From: Candidatus Zipacnadia bacterium
GTDB lineage: Bacteria; Armatimonadota; Zipacnadia; Zipacnadales; UBA5352
Direction: 5' to 3'
DNA length: 43,551 nt
Assembly (NCBI GenBank): GCA_029821265.1
Contig: JALGTR010000002.1
Coordinates: 1 to 43,551 of the forward strand
Shown: positions 1-9,088 of the stretch, in pieces
Position numbering within the stretch: the first letter of the stretch is position 1
Layout: every line of letters begins with the position of its first letter
Program-made: the position numbers and the translations under genes
The notes under the pieces: generated by a model
The model's database searches: none
The model's input: only the letters and a program-made list of their open reading frames with translations
Told to the model about the DNA's origin: nothing

Positions 1-57
1 ACGGACACGCCGCGATAAATGGAACGGGGAATCGCGATAAGTGGGTCGCGACTTCGG
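1..57 (+). repeat. Left end (attL) with putative transposase-binding sites
   Basis: CGCGATAAATGG (11-22) and CGCGATAAGTGG (33-44) are direct repeats 22 bp apart. ATAAGTGGGTCGCGA (37-51) is a perfect inverted copy of 43417-43431. Confidence 0.85.
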
Positions 58-143
58 TTGGGCCGGGAGGGGTGTGAAGGGGTGAAAATGGGGCGGGAGG
101 GCAGGTAGTTGAAAAAAAACCTCGGAGGGGAAACAAACGCTGT

Positions 144-284
144 CTATGGGGTAGCGGGGAGCTTGGCCAGCTTGGATTCGACGTCGAGCATCTCGCATGT
201 TTCGGGGTCGAGGATGAGAGCCTTTTCGAGATACGCCCGCGTCTGGGCGGCCAGATCGGGACGGCTTGCCGAGAAGAACATCAT
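144..284 (-). CDS. Small hypothetical protein (46 aa)
   Basis: Its ATG overlaps the TGA of the preceding minus-strand gene (ATGA coupling). No family recognised. Confidence 0.35.
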   Translation of the reverse strand: MMFFSASRPDLAAQTRAYLEKALILDPETCEMLDVESKLAKLPATP

Positions 285-793
285 GGCAGGGCGAGCGTGC
301 GCTTTTCGGCGGCATCGAAGAATTGTAGCGATGGGGTCGAGCCTGCCGTGCCCAATAGGGCTCTGCGCCGAGCGCGGGCATCGTAGAACGCCAGTGACGA
401 TACGTCGTCCTGGCAGCCCAGAATCACCCCCCGCCGGCCTGTTGTGCCCAACATCGCCAGGCTGCATACGCGGTTGGGCGCGAGCGAGAGCTGCACCCGC
501 TCTGTCCCGTCGGGGTCGCTCAGTCCCATCATTGCACTCCCGTCTATCACGCCCATGCTCACCCTCGGGTTTTCCTGCGCATCGAAGAACCCCAGCATCA
601 CGTCGCCCCCCTTGGTCCCCATCATCGCCCGCTTGGTTCCCTTCTCATCGACGAGCACGATATACCGCGCGTACAACACATCGTAGGTGATCTTGTTCGC
701 TCCCACTGCCTCCCGCGGCCGGAGCCATTCCGAGATCCCCGCCCCGATCACCACGCCCAGCGCGACCAGTCCGACCGTTGCGAGACGTTGCAT
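281..793 (-). CDS. Hypothetical membrane-anchored/exported protein
   Basis: N-terminal hydrophobic helix (VGLVALGVVIGAGI), then repeated beta-strand units (L.F.D..G..R..LG). Starts just after the repressor stop, with a GGAGG SD. Confidence 0.8.
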   Translation of the reverse strand: MQRLATVGLVALGVVIGAGISEWLRPREAVGANKITYDVLYARYIVLVDEKGTKRAMMGTKGGDVMLGFFDAQENPRVSMGVIDGSAMMGLSDPDGTERVQLSLAPNRVCSLAMLGTTGRRGVILGCQDDVSSLAFYDARARRRALLGTAGSTPSLQFFDAAEKRTLALP

Positions 794-795
794 CG

Positions 796-1581
796 CTATC
801 CCTCCTGAGAAAACAAGTCCATCGCCACGAACACCACCCGCCCGACGATCGCCTCGGGGGCAACCACCAATCTGCCGTGCGCGGGGTTAGCGGGATCGAG
901 CATCAGCACGTCGCCGACCTGCTCGACGTATCGGATCGCGACCGACTCGGCAACCTCGGGGTCCAGCCTGGCCGCGATGATGCGGCGGCCCTTCCACTTG
1001 GCCGCGGCGATCTCTGGCGAGCGGTCGTCGTGATCGATCACAGCGATCGAGCCGCGCAGGATCGTTGGCTCCATACTGTCGTCCGGCACACGCATCGCCG
1101 AGAGCGTGTGCCCCTCTGGCAACACCCCCCGGCGCACGACCACCGCGCCGTCCTCGGCCCCCTCCCTAGTACAAGCTATGCACCTATACTCCTCATCGTC
1201 GCCCACGGGTTCTCCCTCTCGCGCAAAACGCCACACGTGCTCGACCGATTCCCCCCGCGCCTCGGCCGCCCGCACGCGAGCCGCCACCCGCTCCAGTTCT
1301 TCCGCGACGGACATCTGCGGTTCTTCGCCCTGGTAGGCCTCCGCCCTCTCTTTCACCCGCTCGGGGAACGCCTCCCCCTCGCCTGTCAGCAGCCACCGCG
1401 GATCACATTGCGTCTGCGTAACAATCGAGCGGATGTGGTCCGCGTCCGGTGTTGCGCCGCGGGTCCATCGCTGCACCGTGGCGGTCGCCACGCCGACGGA
1501 CCGACCAAACGCAGCCATGCCACGAGCCCCGTGGAAATGTTCCACTAAGGCGGTGATTCTGTCGGATAGTGAGGTCTCCAT
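796..1581 (-). CDS. CI/LexA-like prophage repressor (XRE HTH + S24-like domain)
   Basis: HTH (AFGRSVGVATATVQRW...PRWLLTGEG) and S24-like DDSMEPTI. GGAGG SD upstream of the ATG at 1581. Divergent from the early operon. Confidence 0.9.
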   Translation of the reverse strand: METSLSDRITALVEHFHGARGMAAFGRSVGVATATVQRWTRGATPDADHIRSIVTQTQCDPRWLLTGEGEAFPERVKERAEAYQGEEPQMSVAEELERVAARVRAAEARGESVEHVWRFAREGEPVGDDEEYRCIACTREGAEDGAVVVRRGVLPEGHTLSAMRVPDDSMEPTILRGSIAVIDHDDRSPEIAAAKWKGRRIIAARLDPEVAESVAIRYVEQVGDVLMLDPANPAHGRLVVAPEAIVGRVVFVAMDLFSQEG

Positions 1582-1659
1582 ATTCGCCTCCCCCCCCAAA
1601 CATGTGGCTGCCAAAAGAACCGCGGCGACAGAAAAAGTGCGTAGCCGCAAGTTTTCCGC

Positions 1660-1687
1660 TTGACTCCTGTTGCGCCTGCGGTATAAT
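1660..1687 (+). promoter_or_regulatory. Early sigma70 promoter (Pe-like)
   Basis: TTGACT (1660-1665), 16-bp spacer, TATAAT (1682-1687), upstream of the ner/cro-like gene. Confidence 0.8.
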
Positions 1688-1731
1688 TAGGTGTGTTCAA
1701 ACCTATGCCACCGGCAAAAGGAGTATATCAC

Positions 1732-1932
1732 ATGAACGGGAGGAAGGTCAAACGGATTCGCAAGAAGATGATCGACAGGGGCATCCCGTCAGTCTCTGCT
1801 CTTGCGCGACAGATAGGGGAAGACCAGAGCTACGTATCCAGGATATTGAAGGGCAAGCGCAAAGCCGACCACATCAGAAAAAAGATTGCGCAGGCGCTAC
1901 GTCTCCCACCCCAAGCTCTCGACGTAGCATAG
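1732..1932 (+). CDS. Ner/Cro-like HTH regulator
   Basis: 66 aa basic HTH (SVSALARQIGEDQSYVSRILKG). AAAGGAG SD. First gene of the early operon. Confidence 0.85.
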   Translation: MNGRKVKRIRKKMIDRGIPSVSALARQIGEDQSYVSRILKGKRKADHIRKKIAQALRLPPQALDVA

Positions 1933-1958
1933 TCCCCAACTCAACAGGAGGAGCGGTG

Positions 1959-2108
1959 ATGGATACCCTGTCGTCTGTTCTGGCCGTCGCTGTCAGTGCC
2001 GCTGTGATTATCACCAGCTTGATGTATTTAGAGGTGCTCATTCTCTCCAGAGACATCCGCACTTCTCTTGCCCATTTGAAGGAAATCATTCTGAGGGGAG
2101 GGGGCTGA
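1959..2108 (+). CDS. Small membrane protein
   Basis: AGGAGG SD, one hydrophobic helix, stop overlaps the next start. Confidence 0.6.
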   Translation: MDTLSSVLAVAVSAAVIITSLMYLEVLILSRDIRTSLAHLKEIILRGGG

Positions 2109-2293
2109 TGGTTCGTAGCTTCTTCGTCAAGTTCGCCACCTACGTCGCCCTGATCGTTCTGTATCTGGAGATGTGGTGGCTGGTGACCGAGTTCGGCGGC
2201 CAGTCCATGGGCGCCGACTACGTGTTGTTCTGTGCGACCGCGACCCTCGGTGTCGCCGCCGCCGGTGTGGCCGATCTCACGATTCGATTCTAA
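2108..2293 (+). CDS. Small membrane protein (two predicted TM helices)
   Basis: TGATG coupling; two hydrophobic segments. Confidence 0.65.
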   Translation: MVRSFFVKFATYVALIVLYLEMWWLVTEFGGQSMGADYVLFCATATLGVAAAGVADLTIRF

Positions 2294-2306
2294 GGAGGAG
2301 TGGTGG

Positions 2307-3218
2307 ATGGTAGAAGACAAAAAGACCGCGGCAGATGGCACACAAGTTGCTACCCATGGCGACACGTCGCCATCGAATCCCCCCACATTGGTGCAAAACC
2401 AAAGGAAACATGGCGGCGTGTCGCCATCGGGGTCGCTTTGCGACGCAAAGCGTGTGCCGCTGCAAGATCAGGAATTCTGCCGGGCAATGGGCAGGCTCGA
2501 TGCCACGGGCATATTCGAGCAGATCAGCGCCGCGTTTTCGACCGCCGAACTCAAGAGCGTCCGCGACAACAAGCTCTATCTGCGCGGTGGCTACAAATCG
2601 TTCGAGGATTTCGTCGACGCGGAGCTGCCACTGGCTCGACGCACCTACGAGGAGCGCATCCAGAACTTCGAGACGCTCGGCCCGAAGTTCGTCCAGTGGG
2701 CTGACCGCAACAAGCTGACCGTCCGCGTGATGCGCTCCCTCCGCCAGCTCCCCGCCGGCGAGATCAAGAAGTTCTGCGGTCGAGTCGAGCGCGGCGAGGC
2801 GACAGACGAAGAACTCGTCGCCATGGCCTACGACTACCACCGCCGAACAGAGGAACAGCGCGAGGTCGAGCAATCCCTCCTGCGCCAGGGCGAGAAGATC
2901 GGCTACCTCCAAGACAAGGCCAAGAAGGGCGGCGAGGAAATCGCCAAACGCGACGAGGACATCAAGAAGCTCAAGGCCGAACTCAAGATCGCCCAGAACC
3001 CGAAGAGCCTCACCGAGGAGCAGAAGGCCAAGGCTTGCGCCGACGCCAAGCAGCATTTCCACCGGGGCTTGAGTCTCGTTCGCGGGATTGATCTCTCCGA
3101 TGCCGATGTGCATCTCCGGGCCAGCGTCGTCGGGATGCTCGCCGAGGCCACCACCGCGCTGACCAACTACGAGCGGCTGTATCACCTCGAGGCGGTCGAG
3201 GGGAGGGACGACGAATGA
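2307..3218 (+). CDS. DUF3102-like early protein of Mu-like phages
   Basis: TAAGGAGG SD, Y..GGYKSFEDFV motif, C-terminal coiled coil, typical position upstream of the transposase. Confidence 0.65.
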   Translation: MVEDKKTAADGTQVATHGDTSPSNPPTLVQNQRKHGGVSPSGSLCDAKRVPLQDQEFCRAMGRLDATGIFEQISAAFSTAELKSVRDNKLYLRGGYKSFEDFVDAELPLARRTYEERIQNFETLGPKFVQWADRNKLTVRVMRSLRQLPAGEIKKFCGRVERGEATDEELVAMAYDYHRRTEEQREVEQSLLRQGEKIGYLQDKAKKGGEEIAKRDEDIKKLKAELKIAQNPKSLTEEQKAKACADAKQHFHRGLSLVRGIDLSDADVHLRASVVGMLAEATTALTNYERLYHLEAVEGRDDE

Positions 3219-3664
3219 AGGCGCTCACCATCAAGCAACCCTGGGCCGCGCTGATCGCGGCCGGCTACAAGACCATGGAAGTCCGCTCATGGAAGACCGA
3301 CTACCGCGGGCCGATCGCCATCCATGCGGGCATGAGCTTCGACGAGAACGCTCTCCCGGTCATCCTCGATCACGCTACACGCCACGGGGTCATGGACATG
3401 CATCTCCCTCTCTGCTCAGTGGACGTCGGCGCGGTTGTCGCCGTTGCCGAGCTGGCCACGGTCAAGGCCCTCTATGGCCACGGCTACCACAAGGCGGCGC
3501 TCTGCGATTATGACATCGATGGCGGGCAGTATGGCTGGGTGCTGAATTGCGTCAGACCCCTGGTCCGCCCGGTCGTTTGTCGGGGCGCTCAGCGGCTGTG
3601 GGAATTGAGCGAGAGACAAGTGGAGGCGGTGAACCGTAGGCTTGGCGCAGGAGCGACGGCCTAA
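3215..3664 (+). CDS. ASCH domain protein
   Basis: ASCH signature MKALTIKQPWA.LI..G.KT.E.RSW.T.YRG.IAIHAG, and C-terminal P...RG.Q.LW. Confidence 0.92.
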   Translation: MKALTIKQPWAALIAAGYKTMEVRSWKTDYRGPIAIHAGMSFDENALPVILDHATRHGVMDMHLPLCSVDVGAVVAVAELATVKALYGHGYHKAALCDYDIDGGQYGWVLNCVRPLVRPVVCRGAQRLWELSERQVEAVNRRLGAGATA

Positions 3665-5289
3665 TGCCGCGCCAGCTCGCAACCAACCAGTTCGCCGCGC
3701 TGCTCGCCGAGTGGGAGGCCGCGCCCTTCGGCACGAAGGGCCGCGTGATCGACGCGTGGGCCGCGACTACCGGGCGGTCGCGGTCCGCGCTCGCGCGTGA
3801 GATCGCCCGACGCGCCGGCCGCACGCGCAGCCCCCGCGCGGACGCGGGGCAATACTCCGATGCCGAGGAGGCCGCCTACCAGGAGGTGCTCACCTGCATT
3901 ATGAAGCACTCGCCCGACGCCAAGCCCAACGGCCGGGGGCGCTGGTATCCGACCGAGATGGCCGTCGCCAAGTGCGAGCGCGATGGCCGTCTCGAGCCGG
4001 GCGAGATGAGCGTCTCCAAGTTCCATCGCATGACCAAGCGGATCGACGGACGCCGCCTGCGCAACGCATCCCACCGATTCGAGGCCGAGCGCTCGAATGA
4101 GCTGCACCAGATCGACTCCTCGGGCAGTGAATACCTCCGCCCGCTCGAACGCGACGGCGACGACTGGGTGCTGGAGATCACGTCCCGCTCGGGCGGCGCC
4201 TGGAAAAACAAGCGCACCGGCGAGCGCATGGGGCTGTGGATCACGAACGTCGTCGACGACCACAGCCGCGTGGTCAGTGGCCGCTACTCATGCTACCCCG
4301 GCGAGAGCGCGACCATGGTGATCGAGGCGCTCATGGAGATCTGGGGTGCGTTCGACTCGCTCCTGGCGCTCCAGGGGATCCCCGAGCATGTCTACTGCGA
4401 CCACGGGCCGTTCCAGAACTCAGCGCAGGGCAAAGCCTTCGCCGAGAGCCTCGGGTTCGAGTTCCTCGGCGCCAGGCCGGGCAACTCACGCGCACGCGGC
4501 AAGGTCGAGGGCAACTTCCGCACGATGTGGCGGCGCTTCGAGATGGACCTGCTTGGCCGCGAGGGCGAGCACATCAAGCTCAGCGAACTCAATGAGCTTT
4601 ACGTGCACTACCTCGCGCAGATGCAGGCCAAGTCACACCCGTGGTATCGCGATCAGTCGCGGCTCGACGTGTATCTCGCCGGCCTTGGCGAGGTGCGCGC
4701 CCTGCCCGACGACGCAGCCGCGGCCGCGTTCAACACCGAAGACAGGTATGTCCGGCCCGATCGGCTTGTGTGGTATCGCAATGGGCGCTACGAAGCCCCG
4801 GGCAGGCTGGTTCGCCAGAGGATCAAGGTGCACCGCATGGGCGACGGCCGGCTCGTGGGCGAGAGCGCGGACGGCGAGACGTTCGACCTCGAACCCTACG
4901 AACTCAACCGCATCGGCGAGTTCAGCGCGGACAAGTTGACTCTCGCGGAGCGCGCCAACGCGGCCGCGGCGGACCAGACCTACAGCATCACCTACGACGA
5001 GCGCCCAGCGCAGACCCACGTGGTCGCACGCCCCAGCGCGCCCGTCGAGAACGCATCCCCGATCGCGCAGCACGACCGGGGCGCTAACTTCGCGAACGCG
5101 GAGGAGGCGAAGGCCGCGATGGCGAGCATGATCGGCTGCGCGATCGAAGACATGAGCGCGGAGGCGCAACGCCTCGTCAAGGTCGCCGTCGAGCACTCGC
5201 TTGATCGGCGCTGGGTGCTGCGGTTCGCCGCGGACCTGAGCGGGATGCGTGAAGAGGAAGAGGAGCGGTTCAAGGTGGTGAGAGCATGA
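3664..5289 (+). CDS. MuA-like DDE transposase
   Basis: rve-like core with QIDSS, VVDDHSR, VYCDHG and RARGKVE giving a D-D-E triad. Mu-transposase C-terminal-like region (VWYRNGRYEAP). Confidence 0.92.
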   Translation: MPRQLATNQFAALLAEWEAAPFGTKGRVIDAWAATTGRSRSALAREIARRAGRTRSPRADAGQYSDAEEAAYQEVLTCIMKHSPDAKPNGRGRWYPTEMAVAKCERDGRLEPGEMSVSKFHRMTKRIDGRRLRNASHRFEAERSNELHQIDSSGSEYLRPLERDGDDWVLEITSRSGGAWKNKRTGERMGLWITNVVDDHSRVVSGRYSCYPGESATMVIEALMEIWGAFDSLLALQGIPEHVYCDHGPFQNSAQGKAFAESLGFEFLGARPGNSRARGKVEGNFRTMWRRFEMDLLGREGEHIKLSELNELYVHYLAQMQAKSHPWYRDQSRLDVYLAGLGEVRALPDDAAAAAFNTEDRYVRPDRLVWYRNGRYEAPGRLVRQRIKVHRMGDGRLVGESADGETFDLEPYELNRIGEFSADKLTLAERANAAAADQTYSITYDERPAQTHVVARPSAPVENASPIAQHDRGANFANAEEAKAAMASMIGCAIEDMSAEAQRLVKVAVEHSLDRRWVLRFAADLSGMREEEEERFKVVRA

Positions 5290-5438
5290 AGCTGCCCCAC
5301 ATGCGCACCAAGACCCTCACCGTGCTCGCCGTTGAGCAGCAGATGTATTTCTTCGTCTGGAACGCCAGGCATACGTTCATGGTCCGGTGGCCGGTCGGCG
5401 GCTTCACCGCGATCACGCCCAAGAACAGCGCGAACTGA
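5286..5438 (+). CDS. Small hypothetical protein (50 aa)
   Basis: ATGA overlap with the transposase stop; ends just before the SD of the next gene. Confidence 0.5.
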   Translation: MKLPHMRTKTLTVLAVEQQMYFFVWNARHTFMVRWPVGGFTAITPKNSAN

Positions 5439-5452
5439 AACCAGGAGGAACA

Positions 5453-5998
5453 ATGGACGAGCAGCGACTGATCTTTGTGGACTGCGATGGCGTGCTGGCG
5501 GACTTCGTCGGCGGCGTGCGCCGAGTATGGCATCGGAGCGACCTGGTCCCAGAGCAATACGACCTGGCCGAGCAGCTCGGCCTGACCCTCGAGGAGTTCT
5601 GGGGCACGATCGACAGGCTCGGGCCGGCCTTCTGGTCGCAGCTCGAGGCCTACCCATGGGCGGTCTCGCTCTGGGGCGCGGCACAGAACGCCGGCGAGGC
5701 CTACATCCTCACGCAGCCGTCGCTGTCCCCCGCGTGCGCCGCTGGCAAGACCGAGTGGATCGCCCGCGAGCTGGGCACGCGGAAGTATCTGCTCGCCCCA
5801 CACAAAGCCGCGTGCGCCCGGCCTGGCGCACTGCTCATCGACGACAACGAGGCCAACTGCCGCGAGTGGGAAGCCCGCGGCGGCACGGCCTGGCTTTTCC
5901 CCCAGCCCTGGAACGGCTCGGCCCTGCAGGCCTGGGACGTGATCAACGGACTCGTCAAGCTCTCGCTCAAGGGCGAGCTGGAACCTTTGGTGGCATAA
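5453..5998 (+). CDS. HAD-family 5'(3')-deoxyribonucleotidase (NT5C-like)
   Basis: IFVDCDGVLADF motif I, GK..W, LLIDD motif, FPQPWN. AGGAGG SD. Confidence 0.88.
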   Translation: MDEQRLIFVDCDGVLADFVGGVRRVWHRSDLVPEQYDLAEQLGLTLEEFWGTIDRLGPAFWSQLEAYPWAVSLWGAAQNAGEAYILTQPSLSPACAAGKTEWIARELGTRKYLLAPHKAACARPGALLIDDNEANCREWEARGGTAWLFPQPWNGSALQAWDVINGLVKLSLKGELEPLVA

Positions 5999-6008
5999 GG
6001 AGCAACAG

Positions 6009-6953
6009 ATGGGCCGTGTAATCATGACGGATGCCCTACAACCCCACAAGCCCGTCCGCTCACCCATCCCCTGGTTCGGCGGCAAGTGCCGCCAGGCCAA
6101 GCGGATCATCACCCACTTCCCGCGCCATCACACCTACGTCGAGCCCTACGGCGGCGCGGCCAGCGTGCTGCTCCGCAAGCCGCCATCGCCCGTCGAGGTC
6201 TACAACGATCTCGACAGCGGGCTCGTGACGTTCTTCCGCGTGCTGCGCGACGAGACCATGCGCACCGAGCTGATCCAGCGGCTCGACCTCACGCCATACA
6301 GCCGCGAGGAGTTGTATACCTGCCGCGACGCTACCGGCGGCAGCCAGGTCGAGAGGGCGTGGAGATTTGTCGTGATCGCAGGTCAGAGCTTCTCGGCCGA
6401 GTCCGTGGGGCGCGGGGCCAGCTGGGGCTACGATCGCAAGGGATCGCATCGCGGCATGGCAGGCAACTGCTCCAAGTGGTTGTCGGCCATTGACCGTATC
6501 CCCGAGACCGCGACGCGCCTGCGCATGGTGCAGATCGAGCATCGGCCCGCGCTCGACGTGATCGGCCGCTTCGACACGGCCGACACACTGTTCTATCTCG
6601 ACCCGCCCTATGTATCGGCCACGCGCCGCAACGGCGAGTATGCCCACGAGATGACCGAGGCCGATCACGCCGAGCTGGTCGACGCACTGCTCGGCATCGA
6701 TGGCATGGCCGTGCTCAGCGGCTACCGCACGCCGGTCTACGAGCCGCTCGAGGCCGCCGGCTGGGAGCGGGTCGAGCATCGCGTCCACTGCCATGCCGCC
6801 GGCCGTACCCGCGGAACGGGCATGCTCGGCGCCGGCTCGGCCTCACACCACACGCGCACTGAGTGCCTTTGGATCAACCCCCTGGCCCAAGACCGCCGCG
6901 AGGGAGCGGCGCTCGGACAGCAGTCATTATTCCCCGCGGAGGCGCGAGCGTGA
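6009..6953 (+). CDS. D12-class (Dam-like) DNA adenine methyltransferase
   Basis: WFGGK, YVEPYGG, EVYNDLD and FYLDPPY motifs. Confidence 0.93.
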   Translation: MGRVIMTDALQPHKPVRSPIPWFGGKCRQAKRIITHFPRHHTYVEPYGGAASVLLRKPPSPVEVYNDLDSGLVTFFRVLRDETMRTELIQRLDLTPYSREELYTCRDATGGSQVERAWRFVVIAGQSFSAESVGRGASWGYDRKGSHRGMAGNCSKWLSAIDRIPETATRLRMVQIEHRPALDVIGRFDTADTLFYLDPPYVSATRRNGEYAHEMTEADHAELVDALLGIDGMAVLSGYRTPVYEPLEAAGWERVEHRVHCHAAGRTRGTGMLGAGSASHHTRTECLWINPLAQDRREGAALGQQSLFPAEARA

Positions 6954-7014
6954 ACCTTTTCTGCATTCTCCAACGCGACTCGCGCCTCTGCACAATTCAA
7001 CAGGAGGAACCCTC

Positions 7015-7230
7015 ATGGGCGAAGACGTGGTGATGAACGCGACAACCGCGGCGCTTGTGCGCGATGCGCTCAAACTCGGCAGCAGACGCGATGCTCGCCA
7101 GCGCGTGCGTGTGGCCTGCAGCCGAGCGCTCAAGGCCATGGACAACCACATGGCCATCCGCGACGAGCCGACCGACGACGTGAACGAGGACAGTAAACCC
7201 AAGCCCAAGGCCAAGAAGCCGCGGAAATAG
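7015..7230 (+). CDS. Hypothetical protein
   Basis: AGGAGG SD; basic C-terminus. Confidence 0.6.
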   Translation: MGEDVVMNATTAALVRDALKLGSRRDARQRVRVACSRALKAMDNHMAIRDEPTDDVNEDSKPKPKAKKPRK

Positions 7231-7241
7231 AACTCCCTTCT

Positions 7242-7511
7242 ATGACCTACTGGCTAATCATAATCAGACGCGGTCGTGTAGTGCGCATCTACGACAGCCT
7301 GTTGCCAAACATGATCCCTGACCGGGCACTCGACATGATGGTGGTGGGCGCCGTGGAGGAGATGGGGCTGTGCTCAAATTGCCCAGTGGCGAGACATTGC
7401 CATGTGCTACAGCCAGTCGCCAACACGAGGAAAGTATATCGCAAGTTGTGCCCAGTCTTGTTTCACGACGCCGTGCGCCCTCGCTCTTGGCGCGTGGAAG
7501 AGTTGGCTTGA
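7242..7511 (+). CDS. Hypothetical Cys-rich protein
   Basis: Fills the gap in the operon; CSNCP...C...CP. Weak SD and lower GC. Confidence 0.45.
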   Translation: MTYWLIIIRRGRVVRIYDSLLPNMIPDRALDMMVVGAVEEMGLCSNCPVARHCHVLQPVANTRKVYRKLCPVLFHDAVRPRSWRVEELA

Positions 7512-7539
7512 CCTTATCCCTTAGAGAGGAGCTGCGGTG

Positions 7540-8448
7540 ATGAACAGCATCCTGGAAACGAGTGACCTGAAACGATTGAAGAAGGCGATCCGCGGAGCGG
7601 TCAGCGACCACGCGTGGCTCGCCATCATCGGAGACGCGGGCAGCGGCAAGACCACCGCTGTCAACACCGTGCTCGCCGACATGCCCACCGTGGCCGCGAT
7701 CCAGCCGCCATGCCTGCGTGCCGAGAAGATCGACATCGGCTACGTGCTCTCGTGGTGCGTCTGGGGGCTGCAACAGCACGGCCAGGGCGAGGGAGAGAAC
7801 CCGCGCCGGAGCCTCGCGGCCCGCGAGGTGCAGGCCTGCCGTTTCCTCGGCGAGGCCGCGCAGGGCCGTGAGGTGGTGATCGTGCTCGAAGAGTCGCAGC
7901 GCCTCCACTGGCGCACCATGACGAGCCTCAAGCGCATGCGCGAGATGAGCTTCGCCGGGCAGAGCCCGCTCTTCACGCTCATCCTCGTGGGCCAGCCTGA
8001 ACTCCGCCAGCGGCTCGCGATCCGACGCGAGGTCAACTACCGCTGCCAGCGGCTCGACGTGCGCGGCCTCAGCCCGAGCGAGTTCGCGGTCTATGCCGAC
8101 ATGGAGGGCTGGGGCAAGCTCGCCACGCCCGACGCGCTCGACCGGCTCGAGCAACTCACGTGGGACGATCAGAACGGGCGATCCTACATCCACGTGCAGG
8201 CCAAGCTCGACGACGCATCCCACCTGGCCAACGTGCGCGGCCACAAGCGCATCGAGGTCGGCGACGTGGACGACGTGTTCACCTCGCTCGTGGCGCGACG
8301 GGTCAAGGTCGGCATGACCTATGGCCGGCTCGGCAAATTGATCGGCGAGCCGAAATCGAGCGTGCACGCCGCGCTGGAAGCTGGCGTCGGGCCTGTGTTC
8401 GAGAAGGCGCGTGAAGCCATCGAGAAGGCCGAGCGCAAGACAGCATAG
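7540..8448 (+). CDS. MuB-like AAA+ transposition ATPase (ExeA/GspA-like)
   Basis: Walker A GDAGSGKT, Walker B IVLEES, LILVGQPEL, C-terminal HTH. GAGGAG SD. Confidence 0.9.
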   Translation: MNSILETSDLKRLKKAIRGAVSDHAWLAIIGDAGSGKTTAVNTVLADMPTVAAIQPPCLRAEKIDIGYVLSWCVWGLQQHGQGEGENPRRSLAAREVQACRFLGEAAQGREVVIVLEESQRLHWRTMTSLKRMREMSFAGQSPLFTLILVGQPELRQRLAIRREVNYRCQRLDVRGLSPSEFAVYADMEGWGKLATPDALDRLEQLTWDDQNGRSYIHVQAKLDDASHLANVRGHKRIEVGDVDDVFTSLVARRVKVGMTYGRLGKLIGEPKSSVHAALEAGVGPVFEKAREAIEKAERKTA

Positions 8449-8456
8449 GAGCGCGC

Positions 8457-8750
8457 ATGAAACTCTTCACGACCAAGGATTGCGGCCGCTGCCAAGAGGT
8501 CAAGCGCCTGCTCGACGAGGCCGAGATCCAATATGCCGAGTTCGACATGATGCGCTCCGAGGGCATCTGCGCATACTGCATGATCGTCGAGGCCAAGCGC
8601 GAGCTGCCGTTGCTCGTCGACCCTGAGGGCTGCCAGTGGGCCGGGCGAGCGGCAGTCGTAAGGGCTGAGCGACTGCTCAATGCCCAGCGCTATATCGAGC
8701 GGTCAGAGGCCGCGCAGGAACAAGCTGATGCAAGCCTCATACAAGAGTGA
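8457..8750 (+). CDS. Glutaredoxin/NrdH-like protein
   Basis: LFTTKDCGRCQEVKRLL (CxxC) and LPLLV cis-Pro-like motif. AGGAG SD. Confidence 0.8.
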   Translation: MKLFTTKDCGRCQEVKRLLDEAEIQYAEFDMMRSEGICAYCMIVEAKRELPLLVDPEGCQWAGRAAVVRAERLLNAQRYIERSEAAQEQADASLIQE

Positions 8751-9078
8751 CAACCTACCCGACGCGGTGGCCGCGTATCTGCGCTGCCACTGCGCCGGCC
8801 GAGCCAACGCCCAGACCAAGAAGCGCATCGCGCAGGCGCTGGGCATCGACATGCGGGAGCTGCACGACGTGGTCGCCGCGCTCATCGAGCGCAAGCGCAT
8901 GCCGATCTGCAGCGCATGCCGAGAGCCGATGGGCTACTACCTCGCGACCGCGGCGGGTGACCGCCGCGAGACCGTGCACGCACTACGCCGCCGTGCTATT
9001 GCTATCTGGCGGCGAGCCACCGCGTTGAAGTGCTCGCCGCTCTATCCTGGGGTCCCCAAACAGGGTCAACTGTTCTAA
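8728..9078 (+). CDS. Putative winged-helix DNA-binding protein
   Basis: G.ANA....IA..LG...R......L.....PI.S....GYY pattern, common in Mu-like early regions. Confidence 0.7.
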   Translation: MQASYKSDNLPDAVAAYLRCHCAGRANAQTKKRIAQALGIDMRELHDVVAALIERKRMPICSACREPMGYYLATAAGDRRETVHALRRRAIAIWRRATALKCSPLYPGVPKQGQLF

Positions 9079-9088
9079 GGAGATCATC

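Noticed and set aside
109-140. A8 run as the terminator of the repressor operon
   Set aside because: The adjacent stem is only about 3-4 bp, too weak to call.
1590-1597. C8 (G8 on the minus strand) next to the repressor SD as a phase-variation switch
   Set aside because: It lies upstream of the likely start at 1581, so a length change would alter neither the frame nor the SD-ATG spacing. It would matter only if the 1650 TTG start were used.
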